A stretch of 64,000 bases of DNA from Bacilli bacterium (GTDB lineage Bacteria > Bacillota_I > Bacilli_A > RFN20 > CAG-826), in contig JAGBLE010000009.1 of the NCBI GenBank assembly GCA_017635565.1, positions 4,932 through 68,931 on the forward strand, written 5' to 3'. The notes under the pieces were generated by a model. The model was not told the origin of the DNA, searched no databases, and was given only the letters and a program-made list of their open reading frames with translations. Position 1 is the first letter of the stretch. Each line of letters starts with the position of its first letter. This document shows positions 1 through 8,491 of this stretch, piece by piece. Made by a program: the position numbers and the translations under genes.

Positions 1-397
1 GAAACTTGAAGAAGCCGTTTCTGAACTCGCTCAAATTACTGGTCAAAAACCAGTCATTACTCACGCGAAGAAATCCATTGCTTCCTTCAAATTAAGAGAA
101 GGACAAGCCATCGGCTGTAAAGTCACTCTTAGAGGAATCAGAATGTGGGACTTCCTCGATAAGCTCGTCTCTATCGCTCTCCCACGCGTTCGTGACTTCC
201 GTGGTGTTAGCAAAAACGCCTTCGATGGTCGTGGAAACTACACCTTAGGTGTCAGAGAACAATTAATCTTCCCAGAAATCGATTACGATAAAGTGGCGAA
301 GGTTAGAGGTATGGACGTCGTTATCGTCACTACCGCAAAAACAGATGAAGAAGCATACACTTTATTAGAATTATTGGGTATGCCATTCCATAGATAA
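1..397 (+). CDS. rplE: 50S ribosomal protein uL5, 5'-truncated by window edge
   Basis: Open frame from nt 2 ([45 protein letters not shown]...) runs into track ORF 143..397. The sequence is typical of the uL5 C-terminal half. It sits directly upstream of rpsN-rpsH as in the spc operon. Confidence 0.95.
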   Translation, partial: KLEEAVSELAQITGQKPVITHAKKSIASFKLREGQAIGCKVTLRGIRMWDFLDKLVSIALPRVRDFRGVSKNAFDGRGNYTLGVREQLIFPEIDYDKVAKVRGMDVVIVTTAKTDEEAYTLLELLGMPFHR

Positions 398-416
398 GAA
401 AGGAGTCCAAACGTCA

Positions 417-602
417 ATGGCAAAAACAAGTGCTAAAGTCCGCTGCGCGAGACCTAAAAAGTACAAAGTTAGAGAATATACTCGTTGTGAACGTTGCGGA
501 CGTCCTCACGCTGTCTATTCAAAATTCCATTTATGCCGTATTTGTATTCGTGAACTCGCATACAAGGGTGAAATCCCAGGCTTAAAGAAATCATCTTGGT
601 AA
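417..602 (+). CDS. rpsN: 30S ribosomal protein uS14, short zinc-binding type Z form
   Basis: 61 aa with CERCGRP...CRIC (two CxxC pairs). Position between rplE and rpsH. Confidence 0.95.
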   Translation: MAKTSAKVRCARPKKYKVREYTRCERCGRPHAVYSKFHLCRICIRELAYKGEIPGLKKSSW

Positions 603-621
603 TAAGGAGGTAAATGAAACT

Positions 622-1014
622 ATGATGTCAGATCCAATCGCGGATATGCTTACCCGCATTAGAAATGCAAATGCATTAAAATATGAACAAGTGAAAATGC
701 CTTCTAGCAAGATGAAAGTTGAAATCGCAAAGATTTTAAAAGAAGAAGGCTTCATCGTTGACTACAAAGTCAAAGGTGCCACTAAGAAAGAATTAACTCT
801 TTCATTAAAATACGCCGCTGATGGCACAAGAGTCATCTCCGGATTAAAGAAAATTTCTAAACCAGGATTACGTGTTAATGTCGGTTGCGACAAACTTCCA
901 CGTGTCTTAAAAGGCTTAGGTATTGCGATTATCTCCACTTCACAAGGAGTCATGACCGATGCTAAGGCAAGAACCTTAGGTATTGGTGGAGAAGTCATCG
1001 CTTATGTCTGGTAG
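622..1014 (+). CDS. rpsH: 30S ribosomal protein uS8
   Basis: N-terminus [15 protein letters not shown] is the classic uS8 signature. AGGAGG lies upstream. Spc operon order. Confidence 0.97.
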   Translation: MMSDPIADMLTRIRNANALKYEQVKMPSSKMKVEIAKILKEEGFIVDYKVKGATKKELTLSLKYAADGTRVISGLKKISKPGLRVNVGCDKLPRVLKGLGIAIISTSQGVMTDAKARTLGIGGEVIAYVW

Positions 1015-1028
1015 GAGGTCGATACAAT

Positions 1029-1574
1029 ATGTCACGTATTGGTAATAAACACATCGAAATCCCTGCTGGAGTTAAAGTTGAAGTCGAGGGTTCAAGTGTT
1101 AAAGTCACTGGTCCTAAAGGAACATTATGTGTCCCACTCAATCGTGGAATCACTGTTGAAGTTGAAGGAACAAACCTCGTTTGCAAAAGAGAAAGCGATG
1201 CCAAACAAATCAAACAAAACCATGGCACAGTTCGCGCTAATATCCATAACGCCATCGTCGGTGTTAACCAAGGATATAAGAAGGAACTTGAAATGAGAGG
1301 TATTGGTTATAAAGCTCAAATGCAAGGTAATAACGTTGTCTTATGGGCTGGATATAGTCATACTGTCACCATCGTTCCTAACGAAGGAGTCAAGGTTACA
1401 TTACCTTCCCCAACTGAAATCACAGTCGAAGGTATTGACAAACAAGCAGTTGGTCAAACCGCTGCTCGTATTAGAGAAGTCCGTCGTCCAGAACCTTACT
1501 TAGGTAAAGGTATTCGTTACAAAAATGAATACGTTGCTACTAAAGAAGGTAAACGTGCCGGCGGTAAGAAATAA
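1029..1574 (+). CDS. rplF: 50S ribosomal protein uL6
   Basis: MSRIGNKHIEIPAGVKV... is a uL6 N-terminus. Length 181 aa. Synteny. Confidence 0.97.
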   Translation: MSRIGNKHIEIPAGVKVEVEGSSVKVTGPKGTLCVPLNRGITVEVEGTNLVCKRESDAKQIKQNHGTVRANIHNAIVGVNQGYKKELEMRGIGYKAQMQGNNVVLWAGYSHTVTIVPNEGVKVTLPSPTEITVEGIDKQAVGQTAARIREVRRPEPYLGKGIRYKNEYVATKEGKRAGGKK

Positions 1575-1595
1575 TTAGAAAGGTAGGTATATGAA

Positions 1596-1952
1596 ATGAT
1601 TTCTAAAGAAAGTAAAAACGTTTCAAGAATTAGAAGACATGCCCGTGTCAGAGCCAAAATCTCTGGAACACCAGAATGCCCAAGATTATGTGTCTATCGT
1701 TCTAATAAAAACATTGAAGCTCAACTCATCGATGATGTTAATAAAGTAACATTAGTTGCTTCTTCATCCATGAGCTTAAAGCTTGAAAATGGAAGCAATA
1801 TTGACGCTGCTCATGAAGTCGGTGCCGATATCGCTAAAAAAGCAAAAGCTAAAAAGATTACAAAAGTTGTCTTTGATAGATCCGGATATGTTTATCACGG
1901 ACGTGTCAAAGCTCTTGCAGAAGCCGCTAGAGAAGCTGGCTTAGAATTCTAA
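1596..1952 (+). CDS. rplR: 50S ribosomal protein uL18
   Basis: [32 protein letters not shown] and [19 protein letters not shown] are uL18 motifs. Synteny. Confidence 0.97.
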   Translation: MISKESKNVSRIRRHARVRAKISGTPECPRLCVYRSNKNIEAQLIDDVNKVTLVASSSMSLKLENGSNIDAAHEVGADIAKKAKAKKITKVVFDRSGYVYHGRVKALAEAAREAGLEF

Positions 1953-1962
1953 GGAGATTGTT

Positions 1963-2586
1963 ATGGCAGAAGAAAAAGTTGTTACTGAAGAAGTAAAAGC
2001 AGAAGCTCTAGCTACTGAAACTCCTAAAGATAATAAAGCCCCTAGAGGAGATCGTCGTCCTCATGGTGACCGCAAAGGTAGACCAGAAAGAAAAGGCGAC
2101 CGCAAAGAAAGACACGAACCAAAAGATGACATGGAAGAAAGAGTAGTCTTCATCAACCGTGTCAGTAAAACCGTCAAAGGTGGTCGTCGTATGAAATTCA
2201 CTGCCCTTGTCGTTGTTGGTGATCACAAAGGACAATACGGCTTTGCATTAGCAAAAGCTGCCGAAGTCCCAGATGCCATCAAAAAGGCAAGTGAAGCTGC
2301 AAGAAAGAAACTTTATTCCATTCACTTAGTGAAAGGAAACACCATCTCCCACGAAATCGTTGGTAAATATGGTGCTTGTAATGTTTACTTAAAACCTGCT
2401 CCTGAAGGTACCGGAATTATTGCTGGTGGCCCAGTTAGAGCAATTCTTGAACTCGCAGGTGTTCAAAACGTTTGTTCAAAAGTCTATGGTAGCCGTGCTC
2501 CAATCAATATCATTAGAGCAACCAATCAAGGTTTAAATAATCTTAAGAGCTACAAGACCATGAAAGAATTACGTTCAAAAGAATAA
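1963..2586 (+). CDS. rpsE: 30S ribosomal protein uS5 with ~45-residue charged N-terminal extension
   Basis: Core [29 protein letters not shown]...[19 protein letters not shown] is uS5. The first ~55 aa are K/R/E/D/P-rich ([26 protein letters not shown]). Confidence 0.95.
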   Translation: MAEEKVVTEEVKAEALATETPKDNKAPRGDRRPHGDRKGRPERKGDRKERHEPKDDMEERVVFINRVSKTVKGGRRMKFTALVVVGDHKGQYGFALAKAAEVPDAIKKASEAARKKLYSIHLVKGNTISHEIVGKYGACNVYLKPAPEGTGIIAGGPVRAILELAGVQNVCSKVYGSRAPINIIRATNQGLNNLKSYKTMKELRSKE

Positions 2587-2617
2587 TTAACACTACACAG
2601 TTTAAGGAGGTGCACAA

Positions 2618-3058
2618 ATGAAATTACATGAACTTCAAACCACAGAAGGCAGCAGAAGCAATCACTACCGTAAAGGTAGAGGAATTGGATCTGGCAATGG
2701 TAAAACTGCTGGTAAAGGACACAAAGGACAAAACGCTCGTAGTGGTGGTGGAGTCGCTTTAGGTTTTGAAGGCGGTCAAATGCCATTATGGAGAAGACTT
2801 CCAAAAAGAGGCTTCAAGAATGTTAACCGCGTTCAATACGCTGTCGTTAATGTTGGTGATTTAAACAAATTTGATGAAGGTACAGTTGTCACTCCAGCGT
2901 TATTAAAAGAAGTTGGACTCGTTGGTAAAGAATATCACGGTGTCAAAGTCTTAGGAAATGGCAAACTTGAAAAGAAATTAACTGTTCAAGCCAATAAATT
3001 TTCTAAGTCTGCTGAAGAAGCAATTCAAAACGCCGGTGGCTCAGCTGAGGTAATCTAA
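2618..3058 (+). CDS. rplO: 50S ribosomal protein uL15
   Basis: MKLHELQ..GS....[21 protein letters not shown] is a uL15 N-terminus. Synteny. Confidence 0.96.
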   Translation: MKLHELQTTEGSRSNHYRKGRGIGSGNGKTAGKGHKGQNARSGGGVALGFEGGQMPLWRRLPKRGFKNVNRVQYAVVNVGDLNKFDEGTVVTPALLKEVGLVGKEYHGVKVLGNGKLEKKLTVQANKFSKSAEEAIQNAGGSAEVI

Positions 3059-3059
3059 T

Positions 3060-4409
3060 ATGAAAAAGATTGCTTCGATTCTTAAAAATAAAGAAATAAT
3101 GAACCGTATTTTGTTCACGGTTCTCATTCTCTTTATCTTCCGTATCGGAGCACAGATAACAGTCCCAGGTGTTAATCCTGAGGGATTAGAAGAATACCTC
3201 AACTCTGGTTCTGCCTTATCACTTATGAATATGTTAGGTGGTGGAACGTTACAAACGTTCTCCATCTTCGCCCTCGGCGTCTCTCCGTACATCACTGCAC
3301 AAATTATTGTTCAGTTATTATCAACTGATGTATTACCTGCTCTTTCTGAGCTCAGACGTCAAGGTCAATACGGAAGAAAGAAAATGGAATATGCGACCCG
3401 TTACTTAACTCTTTTGTTAGGTGCGGTTCAAGCATACGGTATTATCAAAACTATTGAAAACACATCAGAAGTCACATTAAATCTCAATGCTGAATGGTAT
3501 ACCTACTTATATATCATTATCGTTATGTTAGCGGGTACGATGATTGTTATGTGGCTCGGTGACCAAATCTCTGTTAAAGGTATCGGAAATGGTATTTCTA
3601 TGATCATTTTCGCAGGTATTGTTTGTTCTTTACCAAATCAATTCGCTCACGCCTTTACCACTTATATCTCAACGACTGCAGGAAGTCCTGAGAACCTGGT
3701 CATTGCCGGTGTATTCAAATTCATACTCTATGTCTTAGCTTATCTCGTCATTATTGCATTCGTCACATTCGTTGAGTTAAGTCAACGCAAAATTCCTATC
3801 CAACACAGTGGAAAAGGTGGTGGACAAACTCAAAGCATGGCTAGAGCAAGCTTCTTACCAATTAAAATCAATAGTGCTGGTGTTATTCCTGTCATCTTCG
3901 CTAGCTCATTAATGATGGCACCAAGTGTCATCGCTGCATTCATTGATTCAAATTCTTCTAATGCAGAATGGTTAAAGATCTTCTCGACCAGTGATATGTA
4001 TGACATGGGTGGATGGTCAATGCCTTGGGGATTATTGATTTATATCGTCCTCACAGTTGCATTCACTTTCTTCTATGCAAACTTACAAATTGATCCGCAA
4101 CAAATGGCGGAGAATTTCCAAAAGAATGGTTCATATATTCCAGGCGTTAAACCAGGAATTGAAACCGAAAGATACATTAGACGCGTTCTTAATCGAGTGA
4201 CTTGTTTAGGCGCTATCGCCCTTGTCATCATCGCTTCTCTCCCATCAATTCTCACATTAAGTGGAGTCTTTGGTGGAGATAATTCCTTAGTCCTTGGTGG
4301 AACAGGAATGATCATCGTCGTCGGTGTCTGTCTTGAACTTAATAATCAAATCGATGGTTTACTCGCTGGTAAATCATTCGATGAAGTTGTCGCCTCGGGA
4401 GGCCGTTAA
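3060..4409 (+). CDS. secY: Preprotein translocase subunit SecY
   Basis: 449 aa polytopic membrane protein. Motifs RILFT..ILFIFRIGAQITVPG and LGVSPYITAQIIVQLL. Position rplO-secY-adk. Confidence 0.97.
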   Translation: MKKIASILKNKEIMNRILFTVLILFIFRIGAQITVPGVNPEGLEEYLNSGSALSLMNMLGGGTLQTFSIFALGVSPYITAQIIVQLLSTDVLPALSELRRQGQYGRKKMEYATRYLTLLLGAVQAYGIIKTIENTSEVTLNLNAEWYTYLYIIIVMLAGTMIVMWLGDQISVKGIGNGISMIIFAGIVCSLPNQFAHAFTTYISTTAGSPENLVIAGVFKFILYVLAYLVIIAFVTFVELSQRKIPIQHSGKGGGQTQSMARASFLPIKINSAGVIPVIFASSLMMAPSVIAAFIDSNSSNAEWLKIFSTSDMYDMGGWSMPWGLLIYIVLTVAFTFFYANLQIDPQQMAENFQKNGSYIPGVKPGIETERYIRRVLNRVTCLGAIALVIIASLPSILTLSGVFGGDNSLVLGGTGMIIVVGVCLELNNQIDGLLAGKSFDEVVASGGR

Positions 4410-4411
4410 TA

Positions 4412-5062
4412 ATGAAGAAAAACATTATTTTAATGGGCCCTCCTGGAGCAGGCAAGGGAACACTTGCCAAACAACTCAAAGATGAATTACACCTCGTTCA
4501 TATTTCTACTGGAGATATGTTTAGGGATGCAATACAAGCCCAAACCGAGCTTGGCAAACTTGCCCAAAAATATATCAATGATGGACATTTAGTTCCTGAT
4601 GAAGTAACGATTGGGCTTGTCAAAGAGAGACTCAGTCAACCTGACTGTGAAGCCGGTTTTCTCCTCGATGGATTCCCAAGAACTACCGCCCAAGCGGAAG
4701 CTCTTGAAAAAATCTCAAGAGAAATCTCTCGAGAAATTGATGTTGCAATTAATTTAGATTGTGATCATCAAGAATTAGTGAGGCGTATCTCTGGTCGTCG
4801 CGTTTGTAAAAATTGTGGAGCTCCTTATCACATCGAATCCATGAAACCTAAACAAGATGGTGTTTGTGATTTATGTGGCGGGCCTCTATATCAAAGAAAA
4901 GACGACAATGAAGAGGCGCTTAAAGTTCGTTTAGAACATTATGATTCTGAAACTAAACCTCTATTAGAATTTTATTCCAAGCGTGGTTTATTAGAATCGT
5001 TCAATTCCCTCTTAGGAAAAGAACAATTATTCGATGAAGTTTCTTCATTTCTTAAAAAGTAA
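4412..5062 (+). CDS. adk: Adenylate kinase with zinc-lid
   Basis: P-loop GPPGAGKGT, LLDGFPRT, and lid CKNCGAPYH...CDLCGGPL. Confidence 0.97.
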   Translation: MKKNIILMGPPGAGKGTLAKQLKDELHLVHISTGDMFRDAIQAQTELGKLAQKYINDGHLVPDEVTIGLVKERLSQPDCEAGFLLDGFPRTTAQAEALEKISREISREIDVAINLDCDHQELVRRISGRRVCKNCGAPYHIESMKPKQDGVCDLCGGPLYQRKDDNEEALKVRLEHYDSETKPLLEFYSKRGLLESFNSLLGKEQLFDEVSSFLKK

Positions 5063-5064
5063 TT

Positions 5065-5826
5065 ATGGTAATCATTAAATCTCCACGTGAAATCGCTCTT
5101 ATGAAAGAAGCAGGACGCGTTGTTGGTCTCGTCTTCAAAACTCTTGAAGAAAAGATCCGTCCAGGTATGTCTACTCTCGACATTGATACAATCGTCGAAA
5201 GGACAATGCTTGATAATCAATGTATCCCTGCCGAAAAAGGATATTATGACTATCCTGCAAGTGCTTGTGTCAGTGTCAATGACACTTTGATACATGGTAT
5301 TCCTTCTAAAAATATCATTATTAAAGAAGGAGATATTGTTAGCGTGGATATTGTGGCCAGTTACAGAGGCTATATGGCGGATGCTTGCCGAACTTATAAA
5401 GTCGGTAAAGTATCTGAAAGAGCCGAAAGAATTGTTAGAGTCACTAAAGAAGCATTCTTTGAAGCCTTAAAGCTTGTTAAGATTGGTAATCACATCGGTG
5501 ATATCAGTCATAGAGTGCAAGAATATGTTGAATCTAACGGCTATAACGTCACAAGAGATTACACAGGACACGGTATTGGTTCTCACATGCATGAAGATCC
5601 AACAATTCCAAATTTTGGAAAAGCGGGTACCGGGGCTAAAATCGAAAAAGGCATGGCCCTATGCATTGAACCAATGGTCCTTGAAGGAAGAAAAGACACT
5701 CGTGTTCTTAATGATGGGTGGACTGTTAAAAGCCGAGATGGAAAATTAACTGCTCATTATGAAAACACTGTTATTGTTACTGAAAGTGGTTATGAAATAA
5801 TCACTATGTATGAAGGAGAAGAATAA
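5065..5826 (+). CDS. map: Methionine aminopeptidase type I
   Basis: IKSPREIALMKEAG, GYTGHGIG..HE.P and ALCIEPM motifs. Synteny after adk. Confidence 0.97.
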   Translation: MVIIKSPREIALMKEAGRVVGLVFKTLEEKIRPGMSTLDIDTIVERTMLDNQCIPAEKGYYDYPASACVSVNDTLIHGIPSKNIIIKEGDIVSVDIVASYRGYMADACRTYKVGKVSERAERIVRVTKEAFFEALKLVKIGNHIGDISHRVQEYVESNGYNVTRDYTGHGIGSHMHEDPTIPNFGKAGTGAKIEKGMALCIEPMVLEGRKDTRVLNDGWTVKSRDGKLTAHYENTVIVTESGYEIITMYEGEE

Positions 5827-5829
5827 TAA

Positions 5830-6048
5830 ATGTCAAAAGCTGATGTCATCGAAGTACAGGCGGTCGTTACGGAAACATTACCAAACGCGATGTTCCGCGT
5901 AAAACTTGAAAACGACATGGTAATCTTGGCTACCGTTTCTGGTAAAATCCGAATGAATTACATTCGCATTCTCCCAGGTGATAAAGTTACCGTAGAAATC
6001 TCGCCTTATGATTTAACACGGGGCCGAATAACATTCAGGTTCAAATAG
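5830..6048 (+). CDS. infA: Translation initiation factor IF-1
   Basis: 72 aa; [28 protein letters not shown]...[16 protein letters not shown] is near-invariant IF-1 sequence. Confidence 0.97.
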   Translation: MSKADVIEVQAVVTETLPNAMFRVKLENDMVILATVSGKIRMNYIRILPGDKVTVEISPYDLTRGRITFRFK

Positions 6049-6081
6049 TCCTGAGACAAAACTATTTTAGGAGGTATATTT

Positions 6082-6195
6082 ATGAAAGTCAGACCTTCAG
6101 TCAAACCAATTTGCTCAAAGTGCAGAGTTATCAAAAGACATGGCAAAGTCATGGTCATTTGTAGCGATCCAAAGCACAAGCAAAGACAAGGTTAA
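6082..6195 (+). CDS. rpmJ: 50S ribosomal protein bL36
   Basis: Not in the ORF track (<60 aa). Hand translation gives [37 protein letters not shown], preceded by AGGAGG. Lies between infA and rpsM as expected. Confidence 0.93.
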   Translation: MKVRPSVKPICSKCRVIKRHGKVMVICSDPKHKQRQG

Positions 6196-6214
6196 TAAGG
6201 AGGAACATTGAAAT

Positions 6215-6589
6215 ATGGCACGTATCGTTGGTGTTGATATTCCTAATGACAAACAAGTTGCTTTCTCCCTTACCTATATTTACGGTATTGGTAGAACAAC
6301 TGCTAAAAAAATCTGTGAAGACGCTAAAGTCGATCCTTCACTCCGCGTTAAAGATCTCTCTGATGATCAAATGAACGCAATCAGAAATGAAGTTAGTAAA
6401 CTCAAAGTCGAAGGTGATCTTCGTAGAGAAGTCGCTTTAAATATTAAAAGACTTACTGAAATTGGCTGCTATCGTGGTATTAGACATAAGAAAGGTTTAC
6501 CTGTCCGTGGACAAAAAACCAAGACTAATGCTCGTACTCGTAAGGGACCACGTAAGACAATCGCCAATAAGAAAATGGCACCTAAATAG
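6215..6589 (+). CDS. rpsM: 30S ribosomal protein uS13
   Basis: [31 protein letters not shown] is a uS13 signature. Confidence 0.97.
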   Translation: MARIVGVDIPNDKQVAFSLTYIYGIGRTTAKKICEDAKVDPSLRVKDLSDDQMNAIRNEVSKLKVEGDLRREVALNIKRLTEIGCYRGIRHKKGLPVRGQKTKTNARTRKGPRKTIANKKMAPK

Positions 6590-6615
6590 AGGTTAGATGA
6601 AAGGAGAAATAAACA

Positions 6616-7005
6616 ATGGCTACTAAAACTACTACACGTAAAAAGAAAGTCAAACGTTCGTTTACTAAGGGCGTTGCTCATATTCACTCAACCTTTAATA
6701 ACACAATCGTCACCATTACCGATGCTCAAGGTAACGCAATTGCTTGGAGCAGCGCTGGTGCATTAGGATTCAAAGGTGCAAAGAAATCCACTCCATTTGC
6801 GGCACAACAAGCTGCTGAAGCCGCTGCAAAGAGTGCGTATGATCAAGGCATCCGTCAAGTTGATGTTGATGTCAAAGGTCCAGGCCCAGGTAGAGAAGGC
6901 GCAATTAGATCTCTCGCTGTTTCTGGATTACAAGTATTAAGTATCGTTGATACAACCCCAATTCCACACAATGGTTGCCGTCCACCAAAACGTCCACGTG
7001 GTTAA
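6616..7005 (+). CDS. rpsK: 30S ribosomal protein uS11
   Basis: [20 protein letters not shown] and [15 protein letters not shown] motifs. Confidence 0.97.
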   Translation: MATKTTTRKKKVKRSFTKGVAHIHSTFNNTIVTITDAQGNAIAWSSAGALGFKGAKKSTPFAAQQAAEAAAKSAYDQGIRQVDVDVKGPGPGREGAIRSLAVSGLQVLSIVDTTPIPHNGCRPPKRPRG

Positions 7006-7026
7006 TTAAATTAGGAGGAAAAGAAA

Positions 7027-7992
7027 ATGAAAATCGCTAATCCTTTTGAAAGATTCGGTATTACACAAGCCGATTATGATGGAAATGAAAATTATGGTCG
7101 TTTCATCATTGAACCACTAGAAAGAGGTTTTGGTTTAACTCTTGGTAATGCTTTAAGAAGAGTTCTTCTCTCTGCTCTCCCGGGTGCTTCTGTTTATGCA
7201 ATTGAAGTCGAAGGAGCGCAACATGAATTCTCTGCTCTCCCAGGAGTTGAAGAAGACGTCACAAACATCATCCTCAATTTAAAAGATTTAGTCTTAAAAA
7301 TTGATGAAGAAGATAGTTCCAACAAGAGACTTGAAATCAATGTCGAAGGACCAAAAACTGTTACTGGAGCAGATATTGAATGCCCAACAGGAGTTGAAGT
7401 CATTAATAAAGATGTTGAATTAGCTCATATCGCTGAAGGTGGTAAACTCCATATCATTCTTCACGCTCGTAATGGTAGAGGTTATGTCACTGGAGAACAA
7501 AATAAAAATCTCCATCCTAACTTCGCTGTTGGAGTTATTGCTACTGATAGCAACTATTCACCAGTTAGAAAAGCTAACTATGTCATCGACAACACCCGTG
7601 TTGGTCATGACTCAAAATTCGATAAGCTTACATTAGAAGTTTGGACCAACGGTTCCATCCTTCCTCAAGAAGCGGTTGTCTGGGCTGCTGAATTATTAAT
7701 TAAGCATTTAGAAAAATTCCTTAATCTTTCTGAAATTACCCAAGACATCAATATTGAAAAAGAAGAAGAAAAAGTCGAAGAAAACAAATATGAAAATATC
7801 ACAATTGAAGATCTCGACTTATCCGTTAGAAGCTATAACTGCTTGAAGAGAGCTCAAATCTCCACTGTTCTTGAATTAACTGAGAAGAGTGAAGAAGACA
7901 TGATGAAAGTCAAAAATCTCGGTAAGAAATCTCTTAAAGAAATCAAAGAGAAACTTGCTGCGATTGGTTTATCATTCAGGGATTTCGAATAA
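7027..7992 (+). CDS. rpoA: DNA-directed RNA polymerase subunit alpha
   Basis: GRFIIEPLERGFGLTLGNALRRVLLS and C-terminal domain LDLSVRSYNCLKRA...NLGKKSLKEIKEKL. Confidence 0.97.
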   Translation: MKIANPFERFGITQADYDGNENYGRFIIEPLERGFGLTLGNALRRVLLSALPGASVYAIEVEGAQHEFSALPGVEEDVTNIILNLKDLVLKIDEEDSSNKRLEINVEGPKTVTGADIECPTGVEVINKDVELAHIAEGGKLHIILHARNGRGYVTGEQNKNLHPNFAVGVIATDSNYSPVRKANYVIDNTRVGHDSKFDKLTLEVWTNGSILPQEAVVWAAELLIKHLEKFLNLSEITQDINIEKEEEKVEENKYENITIEDLDLSVRSYNCLKRAQISTVLELTEKSEEDMMKVKNLGKKSLKEIKEKLAAIGLSFRDFE

Positions 7993-8010
7993 TTTAGGAG
8001 GAAATGTATT

Positions 8011-8412
8011 ATGCCAACACAAGGTCGTAAAAATGTCCATGGTAAGACCGGCGTGAGATTTAAAGCCGCTTATACCAAGAGTAAATATGAAAACATGCTT
8101 CGTAATGTCGTTACCGATTTAATCATTCATGAATCCGTAAAAGTTACAGAAGCAGTTGCTAGAGATGTCGTTAAAGAAGCAGACAGACTTGTTACTTTAA
8201 CCAAAAAAGAAGATGTCATGAATGCGAAAAGACAAGCCGCTCGCTTTGTTAGAAATATCGAAGCTAGCGAAGGTGTTTCCGCTTTAGACAAACTCTTCAA
8301 CGTTATCGGTCCAAAAATGAAAGATCGCAATGGTGGTTATACACGTCGATTAAAACTTGAAAATAGACGTGGTGATGACGCCCCTGTTGTCTTAGTTGCT
8401 TGGGTTGATTAA
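8011..8412 (+). CDS. rplQ: 50S ribosomal protein bL17
   Basis: 133 aa. Position after rpoA. The GGYTRRLKLENRRGD motif is typical of bL17. Confidence 0.95.
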   Translation: MPTQGRKNVHGKTGVRFKAAYTKSKYENMLRNVVTDLIIHESVKVTEAVARDVVKEADRLVTLTKKEDVMNAKRQAARFVRNIEASEGVSALDKLFNVIGPKMKDRNGGYTRRLKLENRRGDDAPVVLVAWVD

Positions 8413-8425
8413 TTAGAATTAAAAG

Positions 8426-8460
8426 AAAACTGGGGTTGAGCAAAAAATCCCAGTTTTTTA
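8426..8460 (+). terminator. Rho-independent terminator after rplQ
   Basis: AAAACTGGGG...CCCAGTTTT stem followed by a T-run. Confidence 0.8.
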
Positions 8461-8491
8461 TTTTGTGTTAATCATTTATAATGATAAAAGT

